A stretch of DNA of 64,000 nucleotides, taken from NCBI RefSeq assembly GCF_009914755.1, contig NC_060929.1; one strand, written 5' to 3'. Of the stretch, positions 1-13,303 are shown piece by piece. The notes below the pieces were generated by a model. The model was not told where the DNA came from and made no database searches. It saw nothing but the letters and a program-made list of their open reading frames with translations. Every line of letters begins with the position of its first letter. Position 1 is the first letter of the stretch. Both the position numbers and the translations under genes were made by a program. This DNA is from the human T2T-CHM13v2.0 reference genome, Homo sapiens.

Positions 1-1647
1 ATTAGAATGAATCAGCAGCAAACCAGCAATATCTGTTTTTTGGTTGTTGTTTGTCATTGCTGTTTTCTTTTACCACTAGTTCTTCACGTTCATTGCTTCT
101 AACTCCCACCATGCAAGACACAGCAGCTCTTTGCACTTTCCCCAGCAAGGGGTGAGTGGGCAGAGCTGCAGGTGCTTTCCATCCTACTGAATTCCACGTG
201 GGCACAGGCAAGGCAGGTCTGGAAGCCAGGCCAAATTTCACATGGGCATCTGCGATGAGGAGTTTCTGCTCTATAGGGTCCCTAGCTCAAACCCTGTCAT
301 TACTGTGGATTCTAACACCTGCCAGTAAAGGGGTACTTGATGGCAAGAGGTAACTCAATCATTAGCTTAAAGCACTCTATCCAAATAGTAAGTTTGGTGG
401 ATTGAATCTGTGTGTGACTCTGTTTTCAGAACTAAGCAACCACATGATGAATTCATTTGGAGTGTTTGTTGTTTACTGCATAAGACAAGATGAATTCTAG
501 TAGTGCCAAAGGGAGGGATTGAATCATTTATTAAGTACAGTCTTGGACAGGTGTCTCAAATGTCAATTCTAGGATTTAATCTAAACTAATCTTCAGAAAA
601 GTTAGATTTAATGGAAATGAGAACCCAGAGGAATTCGAAGTAGAGGTAGCTGGATGCTAAATCTCAAACGCTGCTGCTTGTGACAATCTTTTAAATAAAC
701 TTTCTACTTGGCTCTTATCCTTCTGTGTTCTGAGGTAGAAAACGTTTGGAAAACTGATGCTAGCTCATCGGTAGGTAGGATTTATACAAAACAAGTTGTT
801 TTCTCTTTATTTCTGATGCTGGCATATAGTCAGTTATTTGCAAATAAGCTACATGGTCATATCTGAGATCAGACCACAGAGATTTTGGCCTCTGTAGGTG
901 TCACTGCAGAGTTTATACATATAGGATATACTTATATCCTGCTAAAGTAGGTCATATTTTCTGATCACAAATTATGAAGCCACAGGCAGAGTTTGAAATT
1001 GATAAGGAAAAACTGCCTAAATGGCTACCACTCATTATATCTAAATATTGGCAGGTCAAAAAAAAAAAAAAAAAATGGGAGTTATCTATCACTGAATGCA
1101 ATTTGGAAAATAAGCTGTAGTAGTTGTCTCATCTTCAAGCCACTGTATTTCTAACTAAATAATAAAAATATTTTAGTCGTGGATAATATTTTTGCCATAT
1201 GCGTGTGCATGGGTGTGTGTGTGTAAATTTAAAAACCTTGGCTTTCAATACCACAGAATTAAATGCATTTTGTGAATGTATTAATCCAAATTAATTTCTC
1301 AGAGATGGTATTTGAGAGTGCTTGCTGGTGGCTCTTATAACACTGGAAGTATCTATAGCATGTTTACTTTTTAATATTGGAGAGAAAAGGGCTGAAATGA
1401 AAACAACTGCTACTGATGACCTATTCCATGCTATAAAATCCAAAGACTATTTGAAGAGACAAATTATTACCAAGAAGTTCGAGTAGAAAAAGTATAGTTG
1501 AGGTGAATTTAAAAAAAATATGAAAGAAGAGCACTACTCAGATAAGGAAGCAGACCGAGGTGCAAGAGCATTAAATAAAACAGTGAAGTCTATTTAGTTG
1601 CCAGATAAAATTTCTAGGTTCTGCAGAAGTTAACAAATAATTTATTT

Positions 1648-1910
1648 CTTTCCTCTCTCTCCCCTTTTCCTTTCCCTCTCCCTCCTTTCCTTTTTCCTTT
1701 CTTCCTTCCTTCTTTCATTCTTTTCTTCTTCCTTCTTTCATTCTTTTCTTCCTTCTTTCATTCTTTTCTTCCTTCCTTCTTTCATTCTTTTCTTCCTTCC
1801 TTCTTTCATTCTTTTCTTCCTTTTTTCTTTCTTTTCCTCCCTCCCTTCCTTCTTTCCTTCCTTCCTTCCTTCCTTCCTTCCTTCCTTCCTTCCTTCCTTC
1901 CTTCCTCCCT
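1648..1910. repeat. Compound polypyrimidine/polypurine tract with TTCATTCTTTTCTTCC-type units, ending in 13 perfect TTCC (GGAA on minus) at 1854-1905
   Basis: Read directly from the sequence; it explains the KEGR-repeat ORF 1738..1932. Confidence 0.95.
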
Positions 1911-1958
1911 TTATTATTTCAGATATATACATTCTGATAAAATGCTTTATTTTCTAGA

Positions 1959-2179
1959 AGGGAATTCGTAAACTTTTGCTATAAAGGCCCAGATAGTAAA
2001 TATTTTCAGCTTTGCAGACTTTTATAATTACCATTGCAACTATTCAGCTCTGCCACTGTATTCTGAAAGTAGTTCTAGACAACAGTAAATGAATGTGCAT
2101 GACTGTGTTCCAGTAAAACTTTATTTACAATAGGCAGCAAATTTAGATTTCATCTGAAGTTTGCAGTTTTCCAATCCTT
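1959..2179 (+). mobile_element. MER58A (hAT-Charlie MITE), full length
   Basis: AAACTTTTGCTATAAAGGCCCAGATAGTAAATATTTT...GACTGTGTTCCAGTAAAACTTTATTTACAA resembles the MER58A consensus; 8-bp TSD TTTCTAGA at 1951-1958 and 2180-2187. Confidence 0.88.
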
Positions 2180-2377
2180 TTTCTAGAAGGCGATCTATTA
2201 TACACATTTACCCCAAGGTGAGTTTTTTCCATGAGCAGCAGGAGTATGAATAATATTTTCTGGTGCAATATTCAAAGTATGGGCTGATTTATTATATATT
2301 TTATATATAATATATGTAATATGTTAAATATTTTCAATATTCAAATATGGGATGAATTATTTATAAATAGTATGTTT

Positions 2378-2482
2378 TTAGGTACTGTGTTTTGTGTTTC
2401 ATGTATACAATCTTTCCTAATCCTGAGGACAACACCTTAAATTTGGTATAATTATCCCTATTTTATAGAGATGAAGCAGTGT
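2378..2482 (-). mobile_element. MIR fragment
   Basis: ATTATCCCTATTTTATAGAGATGAAG is the reverse complement of the MIR core. Confidence 0.6.
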
Positions 2483-2628
2483 TAAAAAAAATTTGGACGA
2501 GTATGTATAGCTTTAAAGAGTCAATGTTGGAATTTAAAATCTTTGCCTTTTCCAAATATTTGTGCATGTGTATATGTATAGAATCTCTATGTAATGAAAA
2601 GAGAGTATACCTCAAAGAACTCGTAACA

Positions 2629-2753
2629 GGCCGGGCACGGTGGCTCACGCCTGTAATCCCAACACTTTGGGAGGCCGAGGCGGGCAGATCATGAGGTCAG
2701 GAGATGGAGACCATCCTGGCTAACACGGTGAAACCCCGTGTCTACTAAAAATA

Positions 2754-2790
<37 letters not shown>
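2629..2790 (+). mobile_element. Alu left monomer only (AluY/Sc-type diagnostics) with ~38-nt poly(A)
   Basis: GGCCGGGCACGGTGGCTCACGCC...GAGACCATCCTGGCTAACACGGTGAAACCCC...CTACTAAAAATAC then a pure A run; TSD AACTCGTAACA (2618-2628) / AACTCATAACA (2791-2801). Confidence 0.95.
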
Positions 2791-2795
<5 letters not shown>

Positions 2796-2981
2796 ATAAC
2801 AGTGAGAATATAGGCAAGCAGGAAATAAAATACAACATAATGGGAGAATTACTTTACCTTGATTTCAAACGCTCTGTGATATTCCCTCTTAAGAAGGATT
2901 TATTTATTACCATCTCAGTTCCCCTTTCTTCAAAACATACCTGGAATTCAAGAAAATATCAAATACCAGGGTTTCTTCAAA

Positions 2982-3160
2982 AATTATGTATTTATGTTTA
3001 GTTGATGAATGATAACTGTCCATATTTATGTGGCACAATGTGATATTTGGATATATGTTATATATTGCAGAAAGATTCAATAGAGCTTGAATGAGCTATG
3101 AATTAACATATTCATCAGCTCATCAACGTATTGTGTTTTAATGGAGAGAATGTTAACCAT
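2982..3160 (-). mobile_element. L1MA-type 3' end fragment
   Basis: CATATTTATGTGGCACAATGTGATATTTGGATATATG...AATTAACATATTCATCA resembles the reverse-complemented L1MA 3' UTR terminus. Confidence 0.7.
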
Positions 3161-3345
3161 TTTTAACTGAGGACAGTGCCCCCACCAGGGAAGCATTTGG
3201 AAGGGTGTGGTGCTTTGGGCTGTAGCAGTGGCTGAGTGTGGTGATGACACTGGCTAGACATTTTGCACGAAGTCATGGGAGCTAAAAATCCTTCAATAAG
3301 AGGGACAGTGGCAGCCAATGAAGGGTTGTCTTACCCATAATTCTA
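3161..3345 (+). mobile_element. MER20-family hAT MITE; its 5' TIR may lie at ~2967-2980, split off by the L1 fragment
   Basis: GCCCCCACCAGGGAAGCATTTGGAAG...GCTAAAAATCCTTCAAT...GGGACAG...AATGAAGGGTTGTCTTACCC resembles MER20. Confidence 0.55.
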
Positions 3346-3414
3346 GAAGTCTGCTACGCTTCTGTGCTCATTTAAAACATTAGAAAACGACAACAAAAAC
3401 CAGAGTTGTTAGTT

Positions 3415-3998
3415 TGTGGTAGCTCTTGTTGATTACCTACTTAACAGCCACGTTTTGCTTCTTCCTTGCTAACATTTTTTTATCTTATTCAGGTAGCAGT
3501 TAGATGTCAGTGATCTCAGGAATACTGACCCCTCCCAAGCTGCTGAGGATGTTTTTTGTTTTTTCTTTACTTTTAATCTAATCACAGCTACTCCCACTCC
3601 ATTCTGCCAGTGATTAGGATTAGACAAGAGCATCTAATTCTGTGTTGGGCTAATAGATATAAAAGAAAGCCTAGTTAACAGCTTCTTAGAAAACTTTCCC
3701 TCCTTGATAAAAAGAGAAAGTTGCACAGGAAAACATTTCTTCCTACTTTCTTTTTTCTGATTTGGGCATTATATGAGAATTTCATGTTAGGAATTGCTGC
3801 AGTAGTTTTCAACTGTGAGAGAAAAGCCAAAAGAATCTCAGTGAAACCAAACCAGTATCTGACATTATTGAGGCCCTGAATTAATCCCAGGATGGCCCGT
3901 CCTTGTGTGTCTATTATATATGAAAATATCCCTACATCGTAGGATGTTTTCAGTTAAGCATTATTTTAGTTTCATCCGAAGATATTTGAACTGCCACA
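3415..3998 (+). mobile_element. Ancient MaLR solo LTR (MLT1J/K/L-like)
   Basis: Starts TGTGGTAGCTCTTGTTGATTACCTACTTAACAGCCAC...CTTCTTCCTTGCTAACA and ends ...GAACTGCCACA. Confidence 0.65.
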
Positions 3999-4622
3999 TA
4001 GGAGCTGTAATTTCTATTCACCCAGGGTCAGAAAGGTAGACACCAGGAGCAGGGCCCAGATAAATATTTTTCATCTTCGACTCACAAAATGTTGACTATG
4101 ACTTGGGAATACCTCTGAGTACCCACATTCAAGTCAAAGCAAAATGCATATCTATTAACACAATTTGGAAGGAAAAATTATTTAATCTCAAAATGATTTG
4201 ATAACTTTGTGACTAGGAAAACATAAAGTATCAAATGCATTACGTTACTTGCTTTAGAAAACAACATCCTGACGTGAAGTAAACTGTTCTTCTCAGGGCT
4301 TAAATTAGTACAAGTTATTCTTTCTGTAACTTTTTAGAAATCTCTGAAGGAAAATAGTAAGAAACAATAACTACTCTTTCTAAAAGATCTGCTAACTCTT
4401 ACTCAAATGAAAATAATTGAGATTACTAAAATACAAATTTTATAGAGACTAATGTGGAAATGAGACAATCAGTAATTGGAAGGCTTATAAATTTAGGTGC
4501 ATGGAACCACCTGTGGGCAAGAAGGTAGAGGGAGGAGAATGGGGATATCATTGGTCAGAAAGAGATTAAAAAGGAAATTTGATTATAACTTAAAATCATT
4601 CTGTCCCTTGCATTCCCACTAA

Positions 4623-4959
<337 letters not shown>

Positions 4960-7900
4960 AAATATGCTTCTTTAAATAGGATTAAATTGTAATATGTTGA
5001 TACTTTTAATCTATTTATGTGTTCCATAGGTTATATCTATGGATATGTGTTGAATATATGGAAGGAAAGTTTTTTAAAAGTTCATATTAAACTCATTAGT
5101 CCAATAGAGGAAAGCTGGTAAAGTTTGGGGGAAAATATAAATTGGGCTAGGTTGTTTTTGGAGCTCTTCAATGCCTCATTTCTATTACTAAATCAAGTTT
5201 GAAATGTATCTGAATTGTAATAGTCTTCTTTTGTCTTTTTTGAATGTCAGTCCTTTTGGTGGTATATGGCATCACATGCATGCTTAATGCTATTAGAGCT
5301 TTTTTTGGACATTTGGGTGTGGGAGGGACAATAAGCATTTGCAATAGAATCTTTGTCTCCGTGACTTTTCCAGAGCCATCTGGATTCCTGCATATTCTCT
5401 ACATGTCAATTTGGAAGGAGAATTAGATAATAAGTAGATAAAAGGATGTAAACATGCAAAGGAAAAGGAAGCACTCTCTTGTTCAACTCCCCCAGTAGAG
5501 CTGCTTTCTGATTAAAGCGCTAATATATGGCAATGGGCCTGTGAAGTCCATGCAGAGGCATGAGAGAGCTTGGCATCATCAAACGAGCGTATCAGTTCTG
5601 CCTCCTTCTGTCAGCAGTAACTGAGCAATCCAGCCTGGTGATTGGAAGAGCAAATTTTCTTTGTCCTGCACATGCTGTATTTATCCTTCATGAATATCCA
5701 CAAAACTCAGCAGGGATTTGGCTAGGAGAGTAGGATCACTCCTTGCAGAAAAACTGGTAATAAATCTGGAGGCTTTGTACAAGATCTGAAAGCTGCCTTC
5801 ACAATTTGCCGGAGGAGGCATGTATAGCCAGGAGTTAAGGAGATTATGTAAACCAAGGAGGAGAATGGGGGGAACTTGGCAAGACAAGACCTAAGTCAGA
5901 ATGCTCTCTGCATATTCTCTTAGCAAGAGGGAATTAGAGGTTCAGAGTGTTGTCTGGGTGTATAACTTTTTCCTTCTATCACTGGAAGTCAGATAGGTGG
6001 TTTGCATGCTCTTTGTTTTCCCTTGAAACATAGAAATGTAAAGGAGATGCTTTATCTCTAATTTGGACAGTGTGGTTTAAAGGCCAGTTTCTATTTTGCA
6101 CATTTACCTTAAGTATTGCTCCATGATCTTTATTTACAGTGTCCTCTATTCACTCTTGTTTGTTGTTGTTGTTGTTGTTATTGTTTAATTCTTCTCTTTC
6201 TCCCAATACTTTTGAAAATATGCTTTGGACAGCGATTCTGGAAATGAGATTTCAGAGTGTGTTCACAGGAACATCTACATTTGTATCACTCAAAATGCTT
6301 ATTTTATAATGTTAGAAGCCTGGCCACCACTCTCTTCCCCCCATCTACAGAGAATTTGAATCTTGTCTTGTGGAGCTCATAGACCTGCTGTTTTAAGGAA
6401 TTTTCTGGTGATCCCAATACAGAGTAACACTTGGCACCACTGTTTTGGGAAGTTAGTGGAAAGAAAGACTGAGAAAGAGAAAACAAGGTGACTAGAGCTG
6501 GGAATATAAACAAACCAGGTGACCTTTTATTCCACCTGGCTTTGGCATAGCTTGAATATCACCAAATACACACCATGTTTGCTCTAGAAAGTCATTTTAC
6601 CCACAATATATGTTCATGAGCATTTTTCTTAACAAATTTTATTTTCATAAATAAGAATGAAAAGTTTATAAATTTAATGTGGCTGAGTCTGAGAAACAGA
6701 ACATGAAATCTCGTGGGGAACATCTTTCTGTATAACCTTACAAAGAGAATCATTGTTTTCTGTTTACTTCCCTCTTTATGAAACGCCTCTTCTAATATTG
6801 CATTCTTGTAAAGCATAGATCAAGAAACCAAACCATGCCCTCAGGGAGGGAGGAAAGCTGTTCTTTCCTCCAAGATGTTCTCAAATAAAATATATTAATA
6901 TAATAATTATGAAGGTGCTTTGAAAAGGAGAAATACATCAGGGAGTTTTTGGTGGGTAGACCTCGATCACCTTCAAGTTATTTGAAGGAATATTTACTAG
7001 TAACTGTAGTGTTTACTCTCAAGCATGCATTTCTTTCAGGTACTACATTGCATTTCTTACCAAGAACTACATCAATTTCATCAGACTTTTTATCTCTTCT
7101 GAGGAAACATGATTTTCAGCTATAACGAACACAGAAACGTATACAATAGCCCAGGAGTAAGATTTTTGGCAAATTAAAGTTCCTCCAATTCATTTTGGGG
7201 GTAAAAATATTAAAATTTTCAGATTCCCAGTATAGATGTGGACTTTATTATGCCAGAAATGGGGCTTACTCCGAAATTCCATTATTCATTCATAAAGACA
7301 ACTCTGATTTTTCTTTTGGAGAGTGTCTAGTATAGCAATGTTTCAGATTGAAAATGATAGAGGAAATATATTATTAGATTAATTAGATAATTAGCAAAAT
7401 TCACAGCTGCACCCTTTGACAACACATTCAGCAACTCTCTGTTAATGAGGCGACCATAAACTTTCCAAAAAATGAAATTTACAGAAACATTTATTTATCT
7501 GATATTTATTGTTAAAGCTGATAAAAACAGCCTTATTTTCTAAGAAACTAAGCAGTTGTAGATGGTAAACAAGGGCCTGTTTTCATAGTTTTGATTTTGT
7601 ATTTTTTTTATTCAAAAGCATGCACAAAAATGTATTGTATATTTCTACTTTTATATCCACATCTATAGTTCAGTTGTAAGATGTTTATTACTGGCTTTCA
7701 TAATTGAACCACTAATGAGGTGCTAGAATTGTAACCATGTGTCTCCATCAGGCAAAATACAAATCTAAAATCTTGCTACTTTCAAAGGAAGTAGTTATTT
7801 CTTTTTTTTTTTTTTTTCTTTATTAGGCCATACAAGTTTAGTTTCTAAGAGGGTAGATATTATTTTCAGGCATTTAAGTGTTCTTTCAAATATCTTTCTA

Positions 7901-10349
7901 ATAAGGAAGTGAATATTTTCTCCTGTTGTCAAAAAGTGCAGCTGTGAGTTTTTCTAATTGCTCAATTAATCTAATGATACACTTTCCCTATCATTATCAA
8001 ACTAATAAGTTTCAGTGCCCGAGTTGCATTCTTTACTGGAGCTATCTTGTTTGTTTTTGATAATACTGACTTGTAAAATCGTCTACATGCTTATTATAAT
8101 TTGTTAATATAAGATCCATATTTCCCATTATGAATGGATTGGCTTTTGAACCTGGAAAAATGTTGCTTTATGGAAAACATCTCATCCAACTAACTTTAGC
8201 AATTTCACCTTTCTTTGAATTTCAGATATCACTTTCCTGAAATTACATAATGTCTAAAGGGAATTAAAAAATAAATCTAAAATAAATGTTATCACGATAA
8301 GAAAGGACAATAAGCAAAAGAACAAATGGACATAAACAATCTTTCTGCTAATTTTATTTTCTGCTAATATTTTATTCTGAATGTTCTTACTTATTTTTAA
8401 CATCAAATAAATTGCATTAGAAAATAAATTGCTCTGGGTTATCCTAATTGATTTTCAGTACTGTTTTCTCTTTTCTTTCTCTGAGTTTTCAGAGGAAACT
8501 TGGAATATAGGTATCCCTGTTGGACTGACAAACTTCTGCAAAAGTGGAATTATTACATAAATGTCTTTCAATATTCTCATATATTAGCTTCTATTCCAAA
8601 TCTCTGTAGCTTCGCCACTTCTTCAAATTCTAGTCGGGTTCAAGGATTGCTTCTCTGCTCTCTTGCACGTAGATTGTTCATGTGATCATCATAGTCCTCT
8701 TCACTGACACCAAATCCAACCTTAATTAAGTGCCCACTACAAGCATGGGCTCTTGGCATTCTTTGCTTCTTGAACTGTCCTGTTGACCTTTGAGGGTAAG
8801 CATTATGGTTGTTTGCCTTTTACAGGGAAGAAAACTAAGAATTGAGATTTAAAACCCTGAAAGAACACAGAGTTAGTAAATAGTGGAACCTAGATGCCAG
8901 CCTAATCCTGTTCCAAATCCCCTGTAGTTCATCTTTGTTCTGTATTTCTAAGGTTCCTGTCGGATTTGTTACCCACGCCGTTGAATTTGTGACTAATTTA
9001 ACTTGCTCTGTAATATGAACCTCGACTCTCTGTCTCTTAATCCTAGGGAACTCTAAGTCTAATTAAAGTACAGGTTTTGATCGGCTTGTTGACTTCCCTT
9101 TAAAATTTGTTCAGAGTTCCTTTCTTGGTTCCTGGCACATTATTACAATTTAGTAAGTTTGATCTTTATTCTAGTTACAAAGATGGTTCTATCAATATTT
9201 TTTTGAAGGTCCCACGTCCTTTCTCTTTTACCTGATTTTTTTTTTAAGTTTTTGAATAACATGCTTGATTTCTAGGATTAGGGAGTTTGAGTATAGAAAA
9301 AATAATACTTAGGCTTGCCATGTCATTACAGTGGCACATTGATCAATACGAAATGTCCAAAATAGCTAATTTTCAAATAAACACTCTGTACATTTTTATC
9401 ATCGTTTTTAAAAATAAAATTTTAAATGTAAAAAACGTTTAAAACACTTTACTGCCAATTTCTTCTGATATTAGAGTTCGTAGTTAACAGACCCTCAATT
9501 TTTGCTGTTTTCTGCTTTGCTTTAACATTGAAAATTACATGAATAGAATGAAAACTTTGCTAAAGATATTCTTTTTGCTTGCCTCCTTAAATAATTTTGT
9601 AATCTTTCATGTATATACCTTTCTTATTATTTGTTTTTAATCCCCAAATGTACCTAGAAGAGTAAATGATTTTTAAGATTAATTCATTATTTTTATATGT
9701 ATGTAAATTTATATAAGTTAAATACTTGAAGCAGATCGAGTAGGATACACTTTAAACACACAGAAAAAAAAAAAATAAAATTTGAATCCTTGCTTCATGT
9801 CAATGTTTGCGCAAAGTGTCTGCAGAACAAAGGGAATATCCAGTTGACCAATGTATCAGTTGCAGTTCTGGAAGTCCTAATTCGACTGCAGCATGTTGCA
9901 CAGCCATTTAGAGTACTGTACTTGATAGGATGATATACCTTTGGTCTCTGACCTCAATTGTCAACAAAACTATTCTGCTATATTAAGGAACCATTGTTTG
10001 AAGAGAGAAATGAAAGCTAACTCAGCCAAGAAAAATTAAAACTAAATGCTTATGCATGACCTGTAGAAGCTTATAAAAGTATCTCACTCATTCAGCTGCT
10101 TCGGATGACATGATAGTTAAAAGCCCATCAACCTGAACTTGAAGTTATGTCTTGACCACTGTCAGTATTTTGAAGAGGATATTATTCACATGCCATTCAA
10201 GACCTAAACATGTTTTTATCATCACTGCCAAGAAAGTCATAAATAACAAATGTCATGTGTCAAATTCTTGGTTTATTTTAGAAGAATAGCAATAGCTAAA
10301 AAAAAAAAAAAAAAAAAAAAGACTATAACACAATCTAGTCTAGCTGAAT

Positions 10350-10495
10350 TAGGAGTTTTGGACTTGGCCTGACTTTATGGGCTAGGTACCTCAGGCGATG
10401 TAAAAAAATTCCTATGGCTCAGTTTCTCCAACTGAAAAATGAAGGCTTTGGGCCAAATAATATTTCAAGTCTCTCAAGCTTTAAAATTCTATCAT
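10350..10495 (+). mobile_element. MIR3/MIRc fragment
   Basis: CTCAGTTTCTCCAACTGAAAAATGAAGGCTTTGGGCCAAATAAT...CTTTAAAATTCTAT. Confidence 0.6.
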
Positions 10496-11699
10496 TTTTT
10501 TACTTGAAGCTTTAGCTGATGTGTTTGTGAAAACTATTCAAAAAGTTATCTCTGTCCTCCAAAATGAGGATTTTTTTTTTTCTAAACACAGATAGCAGAC
10601 ATGGCCATGCAAAGCTTCCCTTCTTCATATTATCTTTTAATACAAGAAGTATTATCTCAAAAAAGCACCCCTCTGCATTCTACATATTTGTTTTGTAGCT
10701 CATGCTCTTGTTCTTATTCAGCAAAGTAAACAAACATTCTGGTGGGGTTAAGGATTAATGGCAAGGAATTGCATGACTGTACAGCGTGTAACCTTGAGGG
10801 AAGAGATCAAGGGAAATGTCAGTCAAACACCTGCCCTTAGTGCAGTTGCTAATTAATTCGTGAACATTGACTCGGGTTGCAGATTTGCTAGTGTACAAGG
10901 GAATGAAGTCCCATCCTAGAAATACTGCCTTGATTTAATGAGGCTTTAATAGGATTAAATGGTTTTAACTTTATGACTTCATGTTTTTGATTATGGTTGT
11001 GTAGTGCTTCTCAATGTAGATAGATATGAATTTCACTGAGTTTTAACAGTGGACTCTAAATGAAAGGTATGGGGAATAAAAGTGGGCAGAATGTGTCGTT
11101 AGCTCAGTGACTTAATTTTCTGAAATTTTAAAGTAAAATTAAAGGTTAAAATGGTCTCAGGCTACCTAGAAGTAAACATGATTAGTTACTCAGGGTCTCC
11201 CTCTAAATTAATTACCATCTATTTAAATAGATGGCCCTCTATCACTCTGAATCTGAGCTATTTTGTCATACCAAGGTCTTGAATTTATGCAGAGCTTAAT
11301 TCTAAGTCATTTAAAAATTATATTTATCTTGTATATTTGAAGATGACATACTGATGGTAACTTTTGTCATTCTATAAATATTTTGATGTAAAATAAGACT
11401 ATCATTTGAATAGGTTATTGGCTGCTACAGATTTCTCTTATTAAAATTTCACTCTGAATCCTCAGAAAAACTGAAAAACGATTCTGTTGTGCTGCCATTT
11501 TAGGTGTTGAAATAATATTGCAATATAATCTAACCAGTAAGACTTCAAGCTCAGCTCAGGCATCATCATTATTATTATTATTTTAGTAAAGGTTACTGGA
11601 AACCTAGTTAAAAATATGCACACACATGTACTGAGATATGTACTGTCTGTGTAGGAATAAAATGTTTAAATTCATAACTACTGCGAAACAGGGTAATTG

Positions 11700-12420
11700 T
11701 ATAATTCCAATCATATCACTATAAAACAATTCAAACACTTCCTATTTACCTTAGAATGAAGACTCAAATTCTTAAATATGGCCTAGATTCTTGATCCATC
11801 TCATCTTTTTAACCCACACTGTGGGCTTTATAGTTACTGCAATAAGTAAGACAAAATCCTTGCTCTTTTAGACAAAACTTACAGCATAAAAAGGAAGGCA
11901 AGAGCAAAATACTAAAAAAAATAAGATAATCTCCCATAGTGATAGATGTCATAAAGGAAATAGCACTGGTTACTTAATAGAGAGGATGACTAAAGCAGGA
12001 AGGATCAGCTTAGATTTGGGCCAGCAAACGCTTCTTCCAGTAGCTGCTCCTTGAGATGAGAACTGACAACCAAAGGAAGCTAGCCTTGCAAAGGAGTCAA
12101 GTTCCAGACAGGGAGAGCAGTTAATGCATTATTCTCCAAGGAAGGAACAGGCTTGACAGTTTCAACGGATTGATTGGAGAATGGTCAGGAAAGAGGATAG
12201 AGGCATGCTGCAAGTCAATTAAGGGCAGATTAGGTCATATGTTTCCAACGTATTGAGATGGAATTGCATCCTATAATTCCATTTCTTTGCCCTGCTTTCG
12301 GTTCCTTCAGTGAACCATGTTTGCCTCAGGTCCACAAGCCTTATGGCTGTTTTTCCTCATGATTATACTCTTCGCTTCTAACAGAATGCCTAGCCCATGG
12401 TAAGTGTTTAATAAATACAT
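11700..12420. mobile_element. Cluster of degraded L2 fragments in both orientations
   Basis: CCTATTTACCTTAGAATGAAGACTCAAATTCTTA (+); AAGACAAAATCCTTGCTCT (-); AACAGAATGCCTAGCCCATGGTAAGTGTTTAATAAATA (+, L2 3' end). Confidence 0.55.
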
Positions 12421-12439
12421 CAAAGGAAAGCAAGGTTTA

Positions 12440-12770
<331 letters not shown>

Positions 12771-12840
12771 AGCACACACACTAAATCATATCCGTATTGA
12801 TCAATGAATGACAAGAGTTATCATACTTCTCACCCTCTTC

Positions 12841-13303
12841 TGTGATACATGCTTTTGACTGGTTCCCAAATATAATCCCCAGTCTCTCTTTCTGTTGCCT
12901 ACTTTTCACCTATGAGCTTGTAAATGCAAGATACTCACTTTACCAGCCTTTCCTTCAGTTTGAGCATGGTCAGGAGTACCCGTTCAGATTAAGTCAACTA
13001 GAAATCAGGCAAGAACTAGTGTCCTTCTTGATAAAAGACGTATACTTGCATTGTCCTGGCTACTCTTGTGCTTCCTACCTTTGAACATGGCTGTGAGAAT
13101 ATTCATCTGGAGTTGGGGCAGGCATCTTGCTACCATAGGAAAGAACAAAAGCAAAAACAGAATTCCAGAGCTGCTAATCCTGTACTCTGACATTGTAAAG
13201 CTGCTGAACCAACCCATGACAATGCCCACCATCAGACTTCCAGTTAAGCAGACAATAAACGCTGAAACCACTGATAACCGAGGTTTCTGTAACTTACTGC
13301 ACA
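12841..13303 (+). mobile_element. Ancient MaLR/ERVL solo LTR (MLT1K/L-like)
   Basis: TGT start; GCAGGCATCTTGCTACCAT...CTGACATTGTAAAGCTGCTGAACCAAC...AATAAA...TTTCTGTAACTTACTGCACA; shares motifs with 3415-3998. Confidence 0.6.

Noticed and set aside
1738-1932. KEGR-repeat ORF
   Set aside because: Translation of the GGAA microsatellite.
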